A stretch of 32,000 bases of DNA from Mycobacterium leprae TN (GCF_000195855.1 NC_002677.1:1590001-1622000), one strand, 5' to 3'; positions 1-9,223 are shown, counted from the first letter of the stretch. The notes: generated from the sequence alone by a model not told the origin. A program made the numbers and translations.

Positions 1-295
1 GCGGTCGCACGCAAAGTGTTGCCCGTTGCTGGACTTGCGGGATATTTCGTACACTCGTACCGGGCACGGTGTCGGCCTGTCGATCTATGAAGCACCCTCA
101 TATCGTTAGCGGCAACGATTTGCCGATGGTTGCCGGCATGGCCTTTTTGTTGAGCCGGGGATCTATTTGTCTGGGCGTTGGGATGCGCGAATCGAAGACA
201 TCGTTGTCGTGATCGAGAATGGCGCGTTCTCGATTAACAACCGGTCGCATGAGCTGATCGTTGTGCCAGTCGTCAACGGTGTACTGGCTCGTTAA
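1..295 (+). pseudogene. C-terminal remnant of an M24 Xaa-Pro dipeptidase (pepE/pepQ-like); the window starts inside it
   Basis: The plus strand reads TGHGVGLSIYEAP, then (frame switch) HIVSGNDLPMVAGMAF, then (switch back) VEPGIYLSGRW.ARIEDIVVVIENGAFSINNRSHELIVVP, stop at 293-295. This matches the HGxG..HE.P / EPG.Y / RIED C-terminal signature of M24 dipeptidases. An in-frame TAG at 107-109 and two frame changes (about 99 and 149) break it. The listed 92-aa minus ORF (98..376) is its antisense shadow. Confidence 0.6.
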
Positions 296-399
296 TGGTC
301 TTGCAGGACTCGAACCAGGTGCAATGGTAATTGGCAGCGGTCTTGTTGCCGGCTCCTGGAGTGTGCCGACAGCCATCGCCGTTGGCCGTCAATGCGGCG

Positions 400-1330
400 A
401 TCAAAAACTGAACACGTGGCCGGTTAAGAGTTTACACAACCGAATAACCGTGCCAAGCCCGCGCTGTCCGCAACCGATTGCTTGATCGTTGGACCCGCAG
501 CGGGGAAAAGTTGCAACACACGATAAATGCTCGTACACGAAATCTCGATCGTTGATGCCCAGGCTGCTGTTGGGACGCCGGATTAACCGAATCGATGTGG
601 CCGATCCACTGCCCACAACCATCATCTCCTTCCTCCAGCGTCACTACAACGGTTTGTGAAGTGTTGCTCAGCTCGGCGAATCGCCGTTTGGTCACTACAC
701 AACAGCACAAAACCGTTGTCTATCGCAGTCGCGGATACTCGTATGGCCAGGGCTGATCCATCTAATGTGTAGTGAGTGGTGTGCAGAAGACCGCCGTCAT
801 CGACCAATGGCACCCGGTTCAATCGGCGTGCCAACGATTTCGCTGACTGGCCGCCCCAGTGCATTTGCCGCAAGATGTCGAGTGCATTTGCCGCAAGATG
901 TCGTTAGTGGTCCCGGCGATGGGATTCCAGCTCGTTACGAGGAAGCTGAACGTGCTGACTATAACATATAACAGCGCAGCTCACATGAGCGACCAAGGAG
1001 TCCTGGTAGCGCAGCGTTTTTTAACCGCTTGGGCACTAAATCGCGTGAATTCTTTTATTGGCTAATGCTACCCATACGGTGAGCACGGAGTCCGATTGCA
1101 CATAAGTCAGGGTGCCGTCCAAGCGGAGCAGGGCGGCCTTAGCCAGGTCGATCGTGTCTTAAATGTGGCGAAGCGATGCGTTCGAACATCGCAGTAACTG
1201 AATCAGGGTGCACAAATCCCTTGATCGGGTGGCAAAGAAACGGCTCGCCCGACATTCTGCCAAACCACCTGACTTTAGTAGGGTTCACATATACAAGCCG
1301 GCCACTTTCGTGTACGCAAATCAATCATGT
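400..1330 (-). pseudogene. Decayed signalling-protein gene with PAS-like and possible GGDEF-like remnants
   Basis: Minus-strand fragments in several frames. ICVHESGRLVYVNPTKVRWFGRMSGEPFLCHPIKGFVHPDSV (1139-1324) and RLDGTLTYVQSDSVLTVW look like a PAS fold. AALPGLLGR (about 990-1015) resembles the LTGLPNR start of GGDEF domains, and EEGDDG (about 620-635) may be a degraded GGDEF motif. Many stops. The family call is weak. Confidence 0.3.
859..904. repeat. Tandem duplication, 23-bp unit x2 (GTGCATTTGCCGCAAGATGTCGA)
   Basis: Read directly: 859-881 and 882-904 are identical except the last base (A vs T). It lies inside the decayed gene above. Confidence 0.9.
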
Positions 1331-1759
1331 GGCGGCAGTGGTCGATCAGCCGCTGGTAATGCTGCTAGACAAGCTACTCGTCACCGCGATTATTTTCGCT
1401 TCACAAACCCGACATGCGCGTGTGAATTACCGCACTGACATGTTTGCGCGCCACGTCAAAACCTTCATCATCTTCTTCAAGTCGATGCTGTCACATATTG
1501 GCAGTAGAGTCGGTGCTGATAAGACTCAATGAGCGGTCGTAAGAAGAAATGCTGCTTAGAGCCGCTGTTGTTGGGTCATTCGCCAGCAAACCATTCATTC
1601 CTGGCAGGGTCTTACACGCTTCACCGTAGTGTGCCCGTGCACGAGGATCTCACACGTCCATCGCACTGCTACAGGGACCTGCCCTACAACCGCTTATAGG
1701 GCGTCCCCTGAATAGAACACAAATCAAAGACGACATGTGATAGGAACCCTCTTGACTCA

Positions 1760-2784
1760 GAGGCTCGTTGATCTGGGCGTCAGAAAAAATTTTCGGGAGC
1801 TCAAGAAAGGCCCTTATGGCGATAGTAGGCAGTTTGCACATGCATAGGCAGCAGATTACCTTAGATTACATCGACGACGATGGTTTGGTATACGAGGGTA
1901 AGGTCTATCTGGCGACCCGCAAGATGTTGTGGAGTTGGCTAGTTGAGCATTCATTGCCCGGATGAGAATGCGGGTTGCGCGCTAGAGGGCTGTACCGGTT
2001 GGGCGGTATGTATGTGAGGAACTGGCGGCCGCGAGTGTGAGAGTAAACCTGAGTGATCCGACTGAAGTTGCTGTGTTGCGGGGTCACAAGAAGCCCGTCA
2101 AGACTGGTTGCGCCAATGCGAAGCTGCTGTTGGAGGGCCGGTTATCTTTTGCACTGATGGACCAGTAGCGGGCGTGGCCGTAACTTATCCATGCTCAGTG
2201 GTTCCACTAGGGGATGCCTGCCGAGCAAAGCGTTGTTGGCGGCAGTGGGTTGTCAGGTGTTGGACAGCACTGAATTCTTAACTATCGGACGATAGTACGT
2301 TGACACGGCGCTGTGGCACATTGATGAGCTGATTACCCAGGTAGAGTCGCTACGAACAAAATTAGTGAACTTCGCCAAGCGCCAACGAGGCTACCAGGTG
2401 TTGCAGCGCAACTATGGCATCGGTTGGCTGTACGCGGCAGATCATGTGGACCGGGCTCGGTGACTCCGCCAGTTTTCCAGTTCCGATCAACTGGTGCGGT
2501 TTGCGTCACCGTCGGCAAGTCCTCACTGGGGCATATGTTGCGGCAGGGTTTGCCGGAGCTACGGTGGGTCGTGTTCGAGGCGTCCAAGTGCGTGGTCCAG
2601 CGTAGTTCCCCAGATTACGACTACTACCAGTAAGCTGGTGACCAAAAGCGACGGCCACAACGGCAAGAATCCCACCCTGGCGGTGGAGCGCAAGGTCATG
2701 CTTCGCTGCTACCGCACGTTCCGGGAATTCGGTGATACCGCGCCGGCACTGCCCGTTCCCCCACCGCAGGAGGTAGCCGCCTAA
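1760..2784 (+). mobile_element. Extinct IS: IS110-family transposase pseudogene
   Basis: Plus-strand fragments across frames: VNLSDPTEVAVLRGHKKPVKTGCANAKLLLEGRL (cf. N-terminal domain V.P...K...G...KTD..DA..LA.LLR.G.L). Then IDELITQVESLRTKLVNFAKR, YGIGWLYAA (cf. IPGIG..tA), FSSSDQLVRFA (cf. RF.s..qla.yaGL), LPELRWVVFEA, SSPDYDYYQ and GKNPTLAVERKVMLRCYRTFREFGD (cf. kvAivAlARKL...y.mLr). Several stops and frameshifts. No terminal repeats identified. The left boundary is approximate. Confidence 0.5.
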
Positions 2785-3009
2785 AGGCGGCGGGGCGACA
2801 CACAGCAGGGTGTTCAGCTGATCAATGTCAGTGTTGCTCAGCGTTAGGTGATGGTGCGTGTATTGGTGCTGAACAGAATTCGCAGAATCGCGGTTTGGCA
2901 GATCGAATATTAGTGAGTTGGTTAGCCACCGTTGCTGTGTTAATGCGGCAGGTTAAACCTTTGGTAGGTCAGGAAGCTAGTATCTTTCGATGAATTACGT
3001 CAGCTTGAA

Positions 3010-3520
3010 TTACGTTGATGCCAAGTATAATTCGGTTGACGACATATTATCGAGCCCACACCGCTCACCAAGAACGCCACGATCAGCATTCGTGAGACTG
3101 CAAGTCAGGCATTGCCAGGACTGCTGCAGCGGCTTCCCGCCCTGTTGAAGTAGGCGTAGCGCTCTCTCGGGGTTGAATTGTACTTTGTGTGCATGTTCTG
3201 TTGTGGGGGTGGAGTAAAGGGTGGCGGTGTGTTGCAGTGTTGTGAGTTGATGTGATCGATCGTTAACCGTTCGTTTGGGTTGGGTGGGGGTGGGGATCGT
3301 GCGTGAGATCACCAGCAAGGGTGGGGCCCGCGTGTTTGCGGGTTGCTTTGGGGGTTGCACTGATTCGACACCAACTATGCTGGCTAAGACGCTCAATCGG
3401 GTTACTGAGCTTGTATTGCTTAGCTATGCAGTGAGCAGTGGGCCCAGTGGCTTTAAAGGCCGGCAAGGTGAGCGTTGTGGGCAGCTGCGTACGGAGATAG
3501 ACATGTGTGCTGGCCAAGAA
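3010..3520 (-). repeat. Diverged RLEP-related segment, inverted relative to the intact RLEP
   Basis: By-eye alignment of the reverse complement to RLEP 4610-4975. Examples: CACTGCATAGCTAAGCAATACAAGCTCAG vs CACTGCGGCAAAGCACACGAAGCCTCATCG; GCAACCCCCAAAGCAACCCGCAAACACG vs AAAAACCCCGCAACACAGCAAAACACG. It has the same C/A-rich composition when reverse-complemented. Identity is rough (perhaps 60-70%) and the boundaries are uncertain. Confidence 0.35.
3202..3224. repeat. Left arm of a 23-nt exact inverted repeat (partner 4056-4078)
   Basis: TGTGGGGGTGGAGTAAAGGGTGG at 3202-3224 is the exact reverse complement of CCACCCTTTACTCCACCCCCACA at 4056-4078. Weaker similarity continues on both sides. Confidence 0.9.
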
Positions 3521-3879
3521 GTACAGTCCCGAACAAATTGTGGGGGTGTTGGCCCAAAACCTATCCCGACCGGCCCGAAAGATGCAGGTGTCCTATAAAA
3601 CACTTCAACATCGAGTCCAAGCTCAACCAACATGTGCGCACTGGGTGGATGTTCCGCACGCTGAGGGCACAGCACGCTAAAACCGGGCACCACCATTATT
3701 CTCTAGGTATGGCCACCACCAGTGCACGTCCCGCGAAAACTACACGACCGTGTGGTGCTCTAACCTCATAGCATTGGGCGGATGATGTAATCATCGGCAA
3801 AAATTAGACCCCCAAATCGGCGCCCTGGCCGAACACAAGTAGCGGATTCGTGCAGCTGCTACACCTATCCAAGGACCAC

Positions 3880-4100
3880 AGCACTGATGTGATCACTGCG
3901 GCCATGATCAACCACAAGACAACGCCCTACCACAGAATCGCTGTACAACCCCAGCGTGAGACCAAGACCTCGAAACGACTCTCATACCCGCATCACCACG
4001 GCATCGATACCGACCTTTGCGACCTGACGCACCGACCCGCCAATACACTGACCCACCACCCTTTACTCCACCCCCACACATGTCGCAGCGACCATTTAAG
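3880..4100 (+). repeat. Diverged partial RLEP-like segment in direct orientation, just upstream of the intact RLEP
   Basis: By-eye similarity to RLEP 4625-4790. Examples: AACGCCCTACCACAGAATCGCT vs AACGCCCCTACCCCGCGGCGCT; GCATCGATACCGACCTTT vs GCATCGATATCGCCTTCA; CCCACCACC...ACATGTCGCAGCG vs TCCACCACCGACATGCTTACGTGCG. It contains the right arm (4056-4078) of the 23-nt inverted repeat. Confidence 0.3.
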
Positions 4101-4975
4101 TGTTTTTGCAATCCAACTTGACGTTAAGGCCTCTGTTGGGTCTTAGGACGTTGCTGATTTGGGCTCGGTTTTGGCGTGATTGAGCGTATCCACCAGCGTG
4201 CGCGGCGCTGGTGGATAAGCTAGTCCAGGATGCCTAGACTGCGTTGATGGTTTTGGGTTGGCCACGAAGTGAACGGGCTGCCCGCCACGAGCACACGTCA
4301 TAAGATCACGCCTTGGACGGCTCTAAACCCCATCTCGCGGTTGATCCCGGAGCATGGAGTGCAGGTTACTTCCTTGGGCTAGAAGGTTGCCGTATGTGCC
4401 GCCGACGGCCGGATCATCGATGCACTGTTCACTAACACGATACTGCTGCACCCGGCGGCATGCCTGCTTGCTGGCTGAGGGCCGGTCAACAAGCCGCCGA
4501 CACCGATACCAGCGGCAGAAATGGTGCAAGGGATAACATCAGGTGCGAATAGTTATACCGTGCACGGGGACGTGCCTGTTCAGGTGCGGCCACATTGACC
4601 ACGCCGACACCTCAAGGCCATGACATGCACACTAAAACGCCCCTACCCCGCGGCGCTAACAACTATCCTCACACTCACGCCTGCATCGATATCGCCTTCA
4701 GCACAGCCCAGGTGCCCAGCCCCTGGCATCATCAACATGTAGACCAAGCAGCATCCACCACCGACATGCTTACGTGCGCCGCGCTAATCGTGTCCACTGC
4801 GGCAAAGCACACGAAGCCTCATCGAAAGCAGGCAGTCAGCCACCCACCAACAAAAACCCCGCAACACAGCAAAACACGTCAACAGGATTCCGGGCTGCCC
4901 CCCACGACTACCGAACATATCGGCCAGTCATAAAACGCAAAAACAGCCATTTCACCCACCACCTATGAAACCAAC
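4100..4975. repeat. RLEP dispersed repeat (M. leprae-specific multicopy element); boundaries approximate
   Basis: Exact matches to RLEP PCR targets as I recall them. CACCGATACCAGCGGCAGAA at 4501-4520 and the reverse complement of TGCATGTCATGGCCTTGAGG at 4610-4629 span 129 bp. Nested CAGAAATGGTGCAAGGGA (4516-4533) and the reverse complement of TGAGGTGTCGGCGTGGTC (4597-4614) span 99 bp. qPCR sites: GCTAGAAGGTTGCCGTATGTGC (4378-4399), CGCCGACGGCCGGATCATCGA (4400-4420), and the reverse complement of GCAGTATCGTGTTAGTGAACAGTGCA (4421-4446). The right edge is limited by the msrB remnant, which ends near 4984. Confidence 0.85.
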
Positions 4976-4983
4976 CGAACAAC

Positions 4984-5378
4984 TCACCGCCACAGACACA
5001 AGACCGAGTTTATGCAGTAGTGTTGATTCGTCGGCTAGCCTTCTCTGGAGGACACGTGGCTAAGGTTACTGTGGCAATTTGCTCATAGCACCTCGGTGTG
5101 GGTCATCTCCAGTGAGCTATCGGAACACAGGGTCACGGCACTCGAACGCGAAGGGCCAAGGAACGACAACAAACTGTAGTTTGACTCGAATTTCTCTGTT
5201 TTGCAGAAAAATTTAGATATATGTAGGTTCGGCCTTGGTAGACGACCTGGGGCTTGGTGTCGGTGTACTCGCCAGTGAATGGTGGCTTGGTGCCGGGGAG
5301 CCGAAACACGTCAAGTTCCTTCTGGCTGAATTTCTTACGCCACTCGTCGTTGGAGAGTTCAAGTGACAGACTAGGCAA
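4984..5378 (-). pseudogene. msrB: Methionine-R-sulfoxide reductase MsrB pseudogene (Rv2674-like)
   Basis: The N-terminus reads cleanly: MPSLSLELSNDEWRKKFSQKELDVFRLPGTKPPFTGEYTDTKP (SelR/MsrB pattern). It then degrades to a stop at 5133. The rest survives only in other frames: AVTLCSDSSLEMTHTEVL*, ANCHSNLSHVSSREG (cf. C..CG.HLGHVF.GEG) and HYCINSV. Its position directly after aftC matches the Mtb order Rv2673-Rv2674. Confidence 0.75.
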
Positions 5379-5448
5379 TTTTGCGCCACGACTCTTTCGT
5401 TGCTTCGTCCCCCGTAGGGGGGATCTACACTGCGTTGTTGCTAACGCG

Positions 5449-6771
5449 CTATGCGTTCACGCTAGCGCGCTCCCGCTCTGCCGTCAGCCATGCCGGATCA
5501 ATTCCGTGATCCAGCCGATTTTCGGCTTTGGCGTCTAGATAGCGGAAGCACAGCACTGTGGACACCACGATCAGCAGCAGTGACCAGCCGTAGGTGATTT
5601 TCAGATATTCCAGCGCCCGGCCATAGCGCATCCAGTTGAACAGCAGCCAGCGGTCCAGCGTCAAAAAGCCGTAGATTCCCAGCCAAGCTGGCCAGTTGCG
5701 GATCAGGGAGTTCGGTAGCACCACCGTCATCAGGAACGGGAACAGCATCATCGAGTAGTATCCCTGCGCTAGCGGCAGCACCAGCCACGACCACAGCAGC
5801 AACACGCCCGTCGAGCAGGTGAACCAGAACAGTGGATCGCGGGTGCGGTAGTAGCGGTTTAGCAGCCACAAGCTGCAGATGGCCAAAACTGTGAACAGCA
5901 GCCGCAGGAACACGATCAGCCAAGTGGGCAGGCCGAAGTAGACTCCGTTGCCTTCGATTGAGCTGTTGAAGTAGTCACGGGTGCCCAGGATGTAGGGCAC
6001 TGTGCGCGTGAAGAAGTCCATCGGATGGCTCACCAACGGCAGCGCGGCGAGGTTGATGACCACGGGCAGTGCGATGGCAGGCACTAGTGCCTGCCACTGA
6101 CGATTCAGCAGTGGCAGGCACAATAGGGGACCGAGCAGCGGTTTGAGCACCAGTGTCAACCCGATCGCGCCGCCAGCCCACCACTGCTGGCTGACCGTCT
6201 TGGGTTCGGAGCCGTTGATCAGCCACCACAAAAACAGCACTTCCAGCAGCATTATGCAGCCGTTGATGTTGGTGAACACCAGCGTGCTGGTCACGGTCTC
6301 GGTGCAGAACATAGCCAGCAGCAGGGTGGGTGCAGCCACCGAGGACAATGTGTACTTGAACAACCGCAGGATCAGGTACCAGGCGATCAGGATGGCTCCG
6401 GTGTTGATCAGGATGAACAGATAGCGTGACGGTGCAAATGGGAGATATCCGAACGGCGCCATCAGCAGTGTGCCGCCGGGTGGGTAAAGGTAGTGCGGGT
6501 CTACGTAGTCGAAGTGCTCATTGTAGATGTCCCAGCCGTGCCGAAAGTTCAGCACCGCGCGGTAGACCGGTTTGAAATCGTCGGTAATGTTGCCATTGGT
6601 CGTGATCACGGTGCTGCGGTGCAGCACCGAAAGAATGGCCGCTGGCCACAATGCTGACCGCACGATTGTCGCCGTGCTCGGTGTGTGGGTGCGGGGATGG
6701 AATACGGCTAGCAACCAATTGCGCAAGCCGGTTTGAGTCGAGTCAGCTGCTGTCACCAGCGCACCGTACAC
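5449..6771 (-). CDS. aftC: Polytopic GT-C membrane glycosyltransferase, arabinofuranosyltransferase AftC-like (Rv2673 homologue)
   Basis: Uninterrupted 440-aa ORF, strongly hydrophobic with many predicted helices (FILINTGAILIAWYLILRLF, LLCLPLL, LLWSWLVLPLAQGYY). Its size is close to Mtb AftC (433 aa as I recall). It is flanked by Rv2672-like and msrB homologues in the Mtb order. The overlapping 141-aa and 84-aa ORFs in other frames are artefacts. Confidence 0.8.
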   Translation of the reverse strand: MYGALVTAADSTQTGLRNWLLAVFHPRTHTPSTATIVRSALWPAAILSVLHRSTVITTNGNITDDFKPVYRAVLNFRHGWDIYNEHFDYVDPHYLYPPGGTLLMAPFGYLPFAPSRYLFILINTGAILIAWYLILRLFKYTLSSVAAPTLLLAMFCTETVTSTLVFTNINGCIMLLEVLFLWWLINGSEPKTVSQQWWAGGAIGLTLVLKPLLGPLLCLPLLNRQWQALVPAIALPVVINLAALPLVSHPMDFFTRTVPYILGTRDYFNSSIEGNGVYFGLPTWLIVFLRLLFTVLAICSLWLLNRYYRTRDPLFWFTCSTGVLLLWSWLVLPLAQGYYSMMLFPFLMTVVLPNSLIRNWPAWLGIYGFLTLDRWLLFNWMRYGRALEYLKITYGWSLLLIVVSTVLCFRYLDAKAENRLDHGIDPAWLTAERERASVNA

Positions 6772-6790
6772 CGGAGCTGGGACGCAAGTA

Positions 6791-8368
6791 TTAGGCGGGA
6801 CAGTAGGTGTCAGTTGCGGGTAGCTTGCCGCTAGTTAGATAGCCGATGATGGGCGGGACCGCACAGGCCGAATAGATGCTTGCACCATGGCCGATGCCCT
6901 GCCACATCACCCGTTTGCTGGCGGCGTTGGCGTTGATAATGGCGGCCGTTGTCGCGGCGACCCCTTCAAAGCCCACAATCGGGTCGTTTTGTACATCCAG
7001 TACCATGACGTCGATCTTGAGGTTCTTTGGCGGTTGCGGCGTTGTGCCTGTGGGCCAGTGCACACATTTTACCAAGTTGAGTGCGCCGACCGTGCCGAAC
7101 TCGGGATACAATTTCCCCCATGCAACGACCAGTTCGCGAACGCGGTCGGGGGTCGGGCGGTTGAGTGCGTCGCTGCAATCGTTGACAAACTGGCCGTCTG
7201 AATCCTGTGTGGCGTCGGAGCGGTGGATCAAGTTGGTCAACGGATTGGCGTCGCCGCTGCGGGCGGCCGCGAGCGCGTTGGCCAGGCTCATGGTCGTGCC
7301 GACCCGGTCACCTGAAGGGAAACCCAAAGAGACAGTGATGGCGTTGGTTACTGCGGCCACCGATGCACCGCCGGGCCCTTTACCGGCGTGGGCGGCAGCC
7401 AGCAGCGCAGTGACGGCGCTCTTCGGATCGGGTCCTAGCGCACATTTCAGCGCAACGCATTGCGCAGCGAACGTATCGAGCGCGGCCTGCTGGCCCCTGA
7501 CTTGTTGCTCGGCGGCAGCTTCGGTCTTGATCCCCAATGCAATCGGGGAGTCGAGGATCAACCTCGCGACCCGGTCGGGACGCGACGCAGCGTAGGCTAA
7601 TGCTACCTCGGCCCCGTTGCCGATCCCGATCAGCGCGAGTGCGGGTACGTCCCAGAGGTTGCGCAGTCGCTCGATATCAGAGGCGGCGTGTGAGTTGTCG
7701 TAGGCGGAAGTTCCTGGTGTGATGGCGTCGGTGCAGTTGGTGGTGGCGGTGTTTGAAATGTCGGAAAGGTTAGCCACGGGATCGTCGCCGGACTCGAACT
7801 GCGCCTGGTCGCGCATCTTTTGGCGATCGTAGTGGTCGCGGCAGTCGATCGGGTTCGACATGCCTATGCCGCGTCGGTCGACTGCGACGATGGGGTGAGT
7901 GCGGACCACATCGGCGCCCGAGCGTGACAGCCAGACCGGTAGCTGTGCCGACGACGGCAGGTCGGATCCGGTGGTGAAAACCAGGGGGCCTGCGTCGCGT
8001 GGCGTTTGACTGGAGCGGGCGCGGACCGCTCCAATGGTCACGGTCCCAGATCCACCGTTGACTGGGTCGAGGTCGGAGTCGTAGTCCGCACACTCCAACT
8101 GTATGCCGGGTGCCGCTGCGACCCCGGCATCCCTGAATAGCCGTGACGTGCAGTCGTGCCACGACAAGTCCTTTTTGGGTGCAGCGATCAGCAGCGGCCC
8201 GGCGGCCGGTGTAGTGGTGGCGGCCGCGCCTTGCGGTCGAGCACCGGAGTTGGTGGCGAACCGCGGGTTCGCGGCTAGGCCCGGGACACAACCTACCAGC
8301 AATGCGGTAACAGCAACCAAAATCGTGGCGGATCTGGTGTGCCAACGCATGCCGACCACAGTAGCCAT
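6791..8368 (-). CDS. Secreted/lipoprotein alpha/beta-hydrolase of the tripeptidyl-peptidase (S33-like) family, Rv2672 homologue
   Basis: Long intact ORF. Signal peptide with lipobox: MRWHTRSATILVAVTALLVGC. Family motifs: VDRRGIGMSNPIDC, ...RPDRVARLILDSP, C-terminal NDPIV and GIGHGA (Asp/His candidates). The start is set at Met25 of the track ORF (8368), which avoids a 59-bp overlap with the upstream gene stop at 8382. Met31 (8350) or the track start (8440) remain possible. Confidence 0.8.
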   Translation of the reverse strand: MATVVGMRWHTRSATILVAVTALLVGCVPGLAANPRFATNSGARPQGAAATTTPAAGPLLIAAPKKDLSWHDCTSRLFRDAGVAAAPGIQLECADYDSDLDPVNGGSGTVTIGAVRARSSQTPRDAGPLVFTTGSDLPSSAQLPVWLSRSGADVVRTHPIVAVDRRGIGMSNPIDCRDHYDRQKMRDQAQFESGDDPVANLSDISNTATTNCTDAITPGTSAYDNSHAASDIERLRNLWDVPALALIGIGNGAEVALAYAASRPDRVARLILDSPIALGIKTEAAAEQQVRGQQAALDTFAAQCVALKCALGPDPKSAVTALLAAAHAGKGPGGASVAAVTNAITVSLGFPSGDRVGTTMSLANALAAARSGDANPLTNLIHRSDATQDSDGQFVNDCSDALNRPTPDRVRELVVAWGKLYPEFGTVGALNLVKCVHWPTGTTPQPPKNLKIDVMVLDVQNDPIVGFEGVAATTAAIINANAASKRVMWQGIGHGASIYSACAVPPIIGYLTSGKLPATDTYCPA

Positions 8369-8381
8369 TCCCGCCGCCGGG

Positions 8382-9188
8382 TCAGGCCTTGACGTAGCGG
8401 GTGTAAAGGTAGCCGGCATCGTCAGTGAGAACGTGGGCACAGCGCATACGGGTGAGCAGCTGCTCCGGGCCTGTCGCGATACGTCGAGCCCGGCCGCCCA
8501 CTATCAAAGGTGCGATGGTCAGACACAGCTCGTCGAGCATGCCGTGCTGGATAAACGAGCCGAGCAGCATCGGCCCGCCTTCGGTAAGGACCCGGCGCAG
8601 ACCGCGAGTCTGTAGGGTCGCCAATACGACAGTCTCGTCGACCTTGCTGGGATCGTCGCCAGAGCAGCTGACCACGTAGGCAAGATCAGCTAACCGCGTG
8701 CGCAGCTTCTTGGCGGTCTCCGTACAGGTGAGCACCAGTGGTGCTATCTCGGTCCGGGTAAACACCGCCATATCCCGATCCAGCCGACCCGAATTTGTGA
8801 CAATCGCTAATTGGGGGACTTCACTTTGGCCGCGGGCCTGCCGCTGCTGGCGCTTGGTTACCGGCAGGTGCGCGCCGGAATAGTTCTCGATCCGTACGGT
8901 GCCCGCGCCGACGACGATCACATCAGCGAGTTCGCGCAGCATGTTGAACACAAATCGGTCGCCTGGCCCTGCCATGGCGCCGGTCCTGCCGTCGGCGGTG
9001 GCACCGCCGTCTATACTGGTGATGAAGTTTGCCCGTATCCAGACGCCGGCGCGTTCGGACGGGTAGCCGTAGAGCTGGGAGAGTTCGTCGTCGTCGAGAT
9101 AGCGCCCAGAGGTGAGCATTAACAGCGGCGTCTGGGCGGCTCGGCCAGCGGTGGTGCTGGCTGCTGGACCGGTTTCAAAGTCGGACAT
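8382..9188 (-). CDS. ribD: RibD C-terminal-domain reductase (Rv2671 homologue; pyrimidine reductase/DHFR-like fold)
   Basis: Intact 268-aa ORF (Mtb Rv2671 is about 258 aa as I recall). RibD_C-type features: ANFITSIDGGATADGRTG, VVGAGTV, TEGGPMLLGSFIQHGMLDELCLTIAPLIVGG. Synteny with Rv2672/Rv2673 homologues. The symbol follows the Mtb annotation; there is no deaminase domain. Confidence 0.8.
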   Translation of the reverse strand: MSDFETGPAASTTAGRAAQTPLLMLTSGRYLDDDELSQLYGYPSERAGVWIRANFITSIDGGATADGRTGAMAGPGDRFVFNMLRELADVIVVGAGTVRIENYSGAHLPVTKRQQRQARGQSEVPQLAIVTNSGRLDRDMAVFTRTEIAPLVLTCTETAKKLRTRLADLAYVVSCSGDDPSKVDETVVLATLQTRGLRRVLTEGGPMLLGSFIQHGMLDELCLTIAPLIVGGRARRIATGPEQLLTRMRCAHVLTDDAGYLYTRYVKA

Positions 9189-9223
9189 CCGTTTGATTGC
9201 AGCACGTTGCTACAGTGTCTTCA

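Noticed and set aside
859-904. Possible CRISPR-like repeat
   Set aside because: There are only two abutting copies with no spacers and no cas genes anywhere in the window. It is a simple tandem duplication.
4595-4933. 112-aa Pro/Thr/His-rich ORF inside RLEP, with similar ORFs at 3850-4146 and 3010-3396
   Set aside because: The sequence is low-complexity, driven by the C/A-rich repeat. RLEP is not known to me to encode a protein, and the diverged copies do not preserve the frame.
5408-5423. Short G/C hairpin TCCCCC-GTA-GGGGGA between aftC and the msrB remnant, considered as a possible terminator
   Set aside because: The stem is only 5-6 bp with a 3-nt loop, and no U-tract follows on the transcribed (minus) strand.
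6876-8345. 239-aa plus-strand ORF and 191-aa alternate-frame ORF inside the Rv2672-like gene. Similar ones occur at 5498-5923, 16100-16570, 28578-29312 and 30368-30847.
   Set aside because: These are antisense or off-frame ORFs inside clearly homologous genes. Their Arg/Ala/Pro/Ser-rich composition is typical of GC-rich shadow frames, and no motifs were found.
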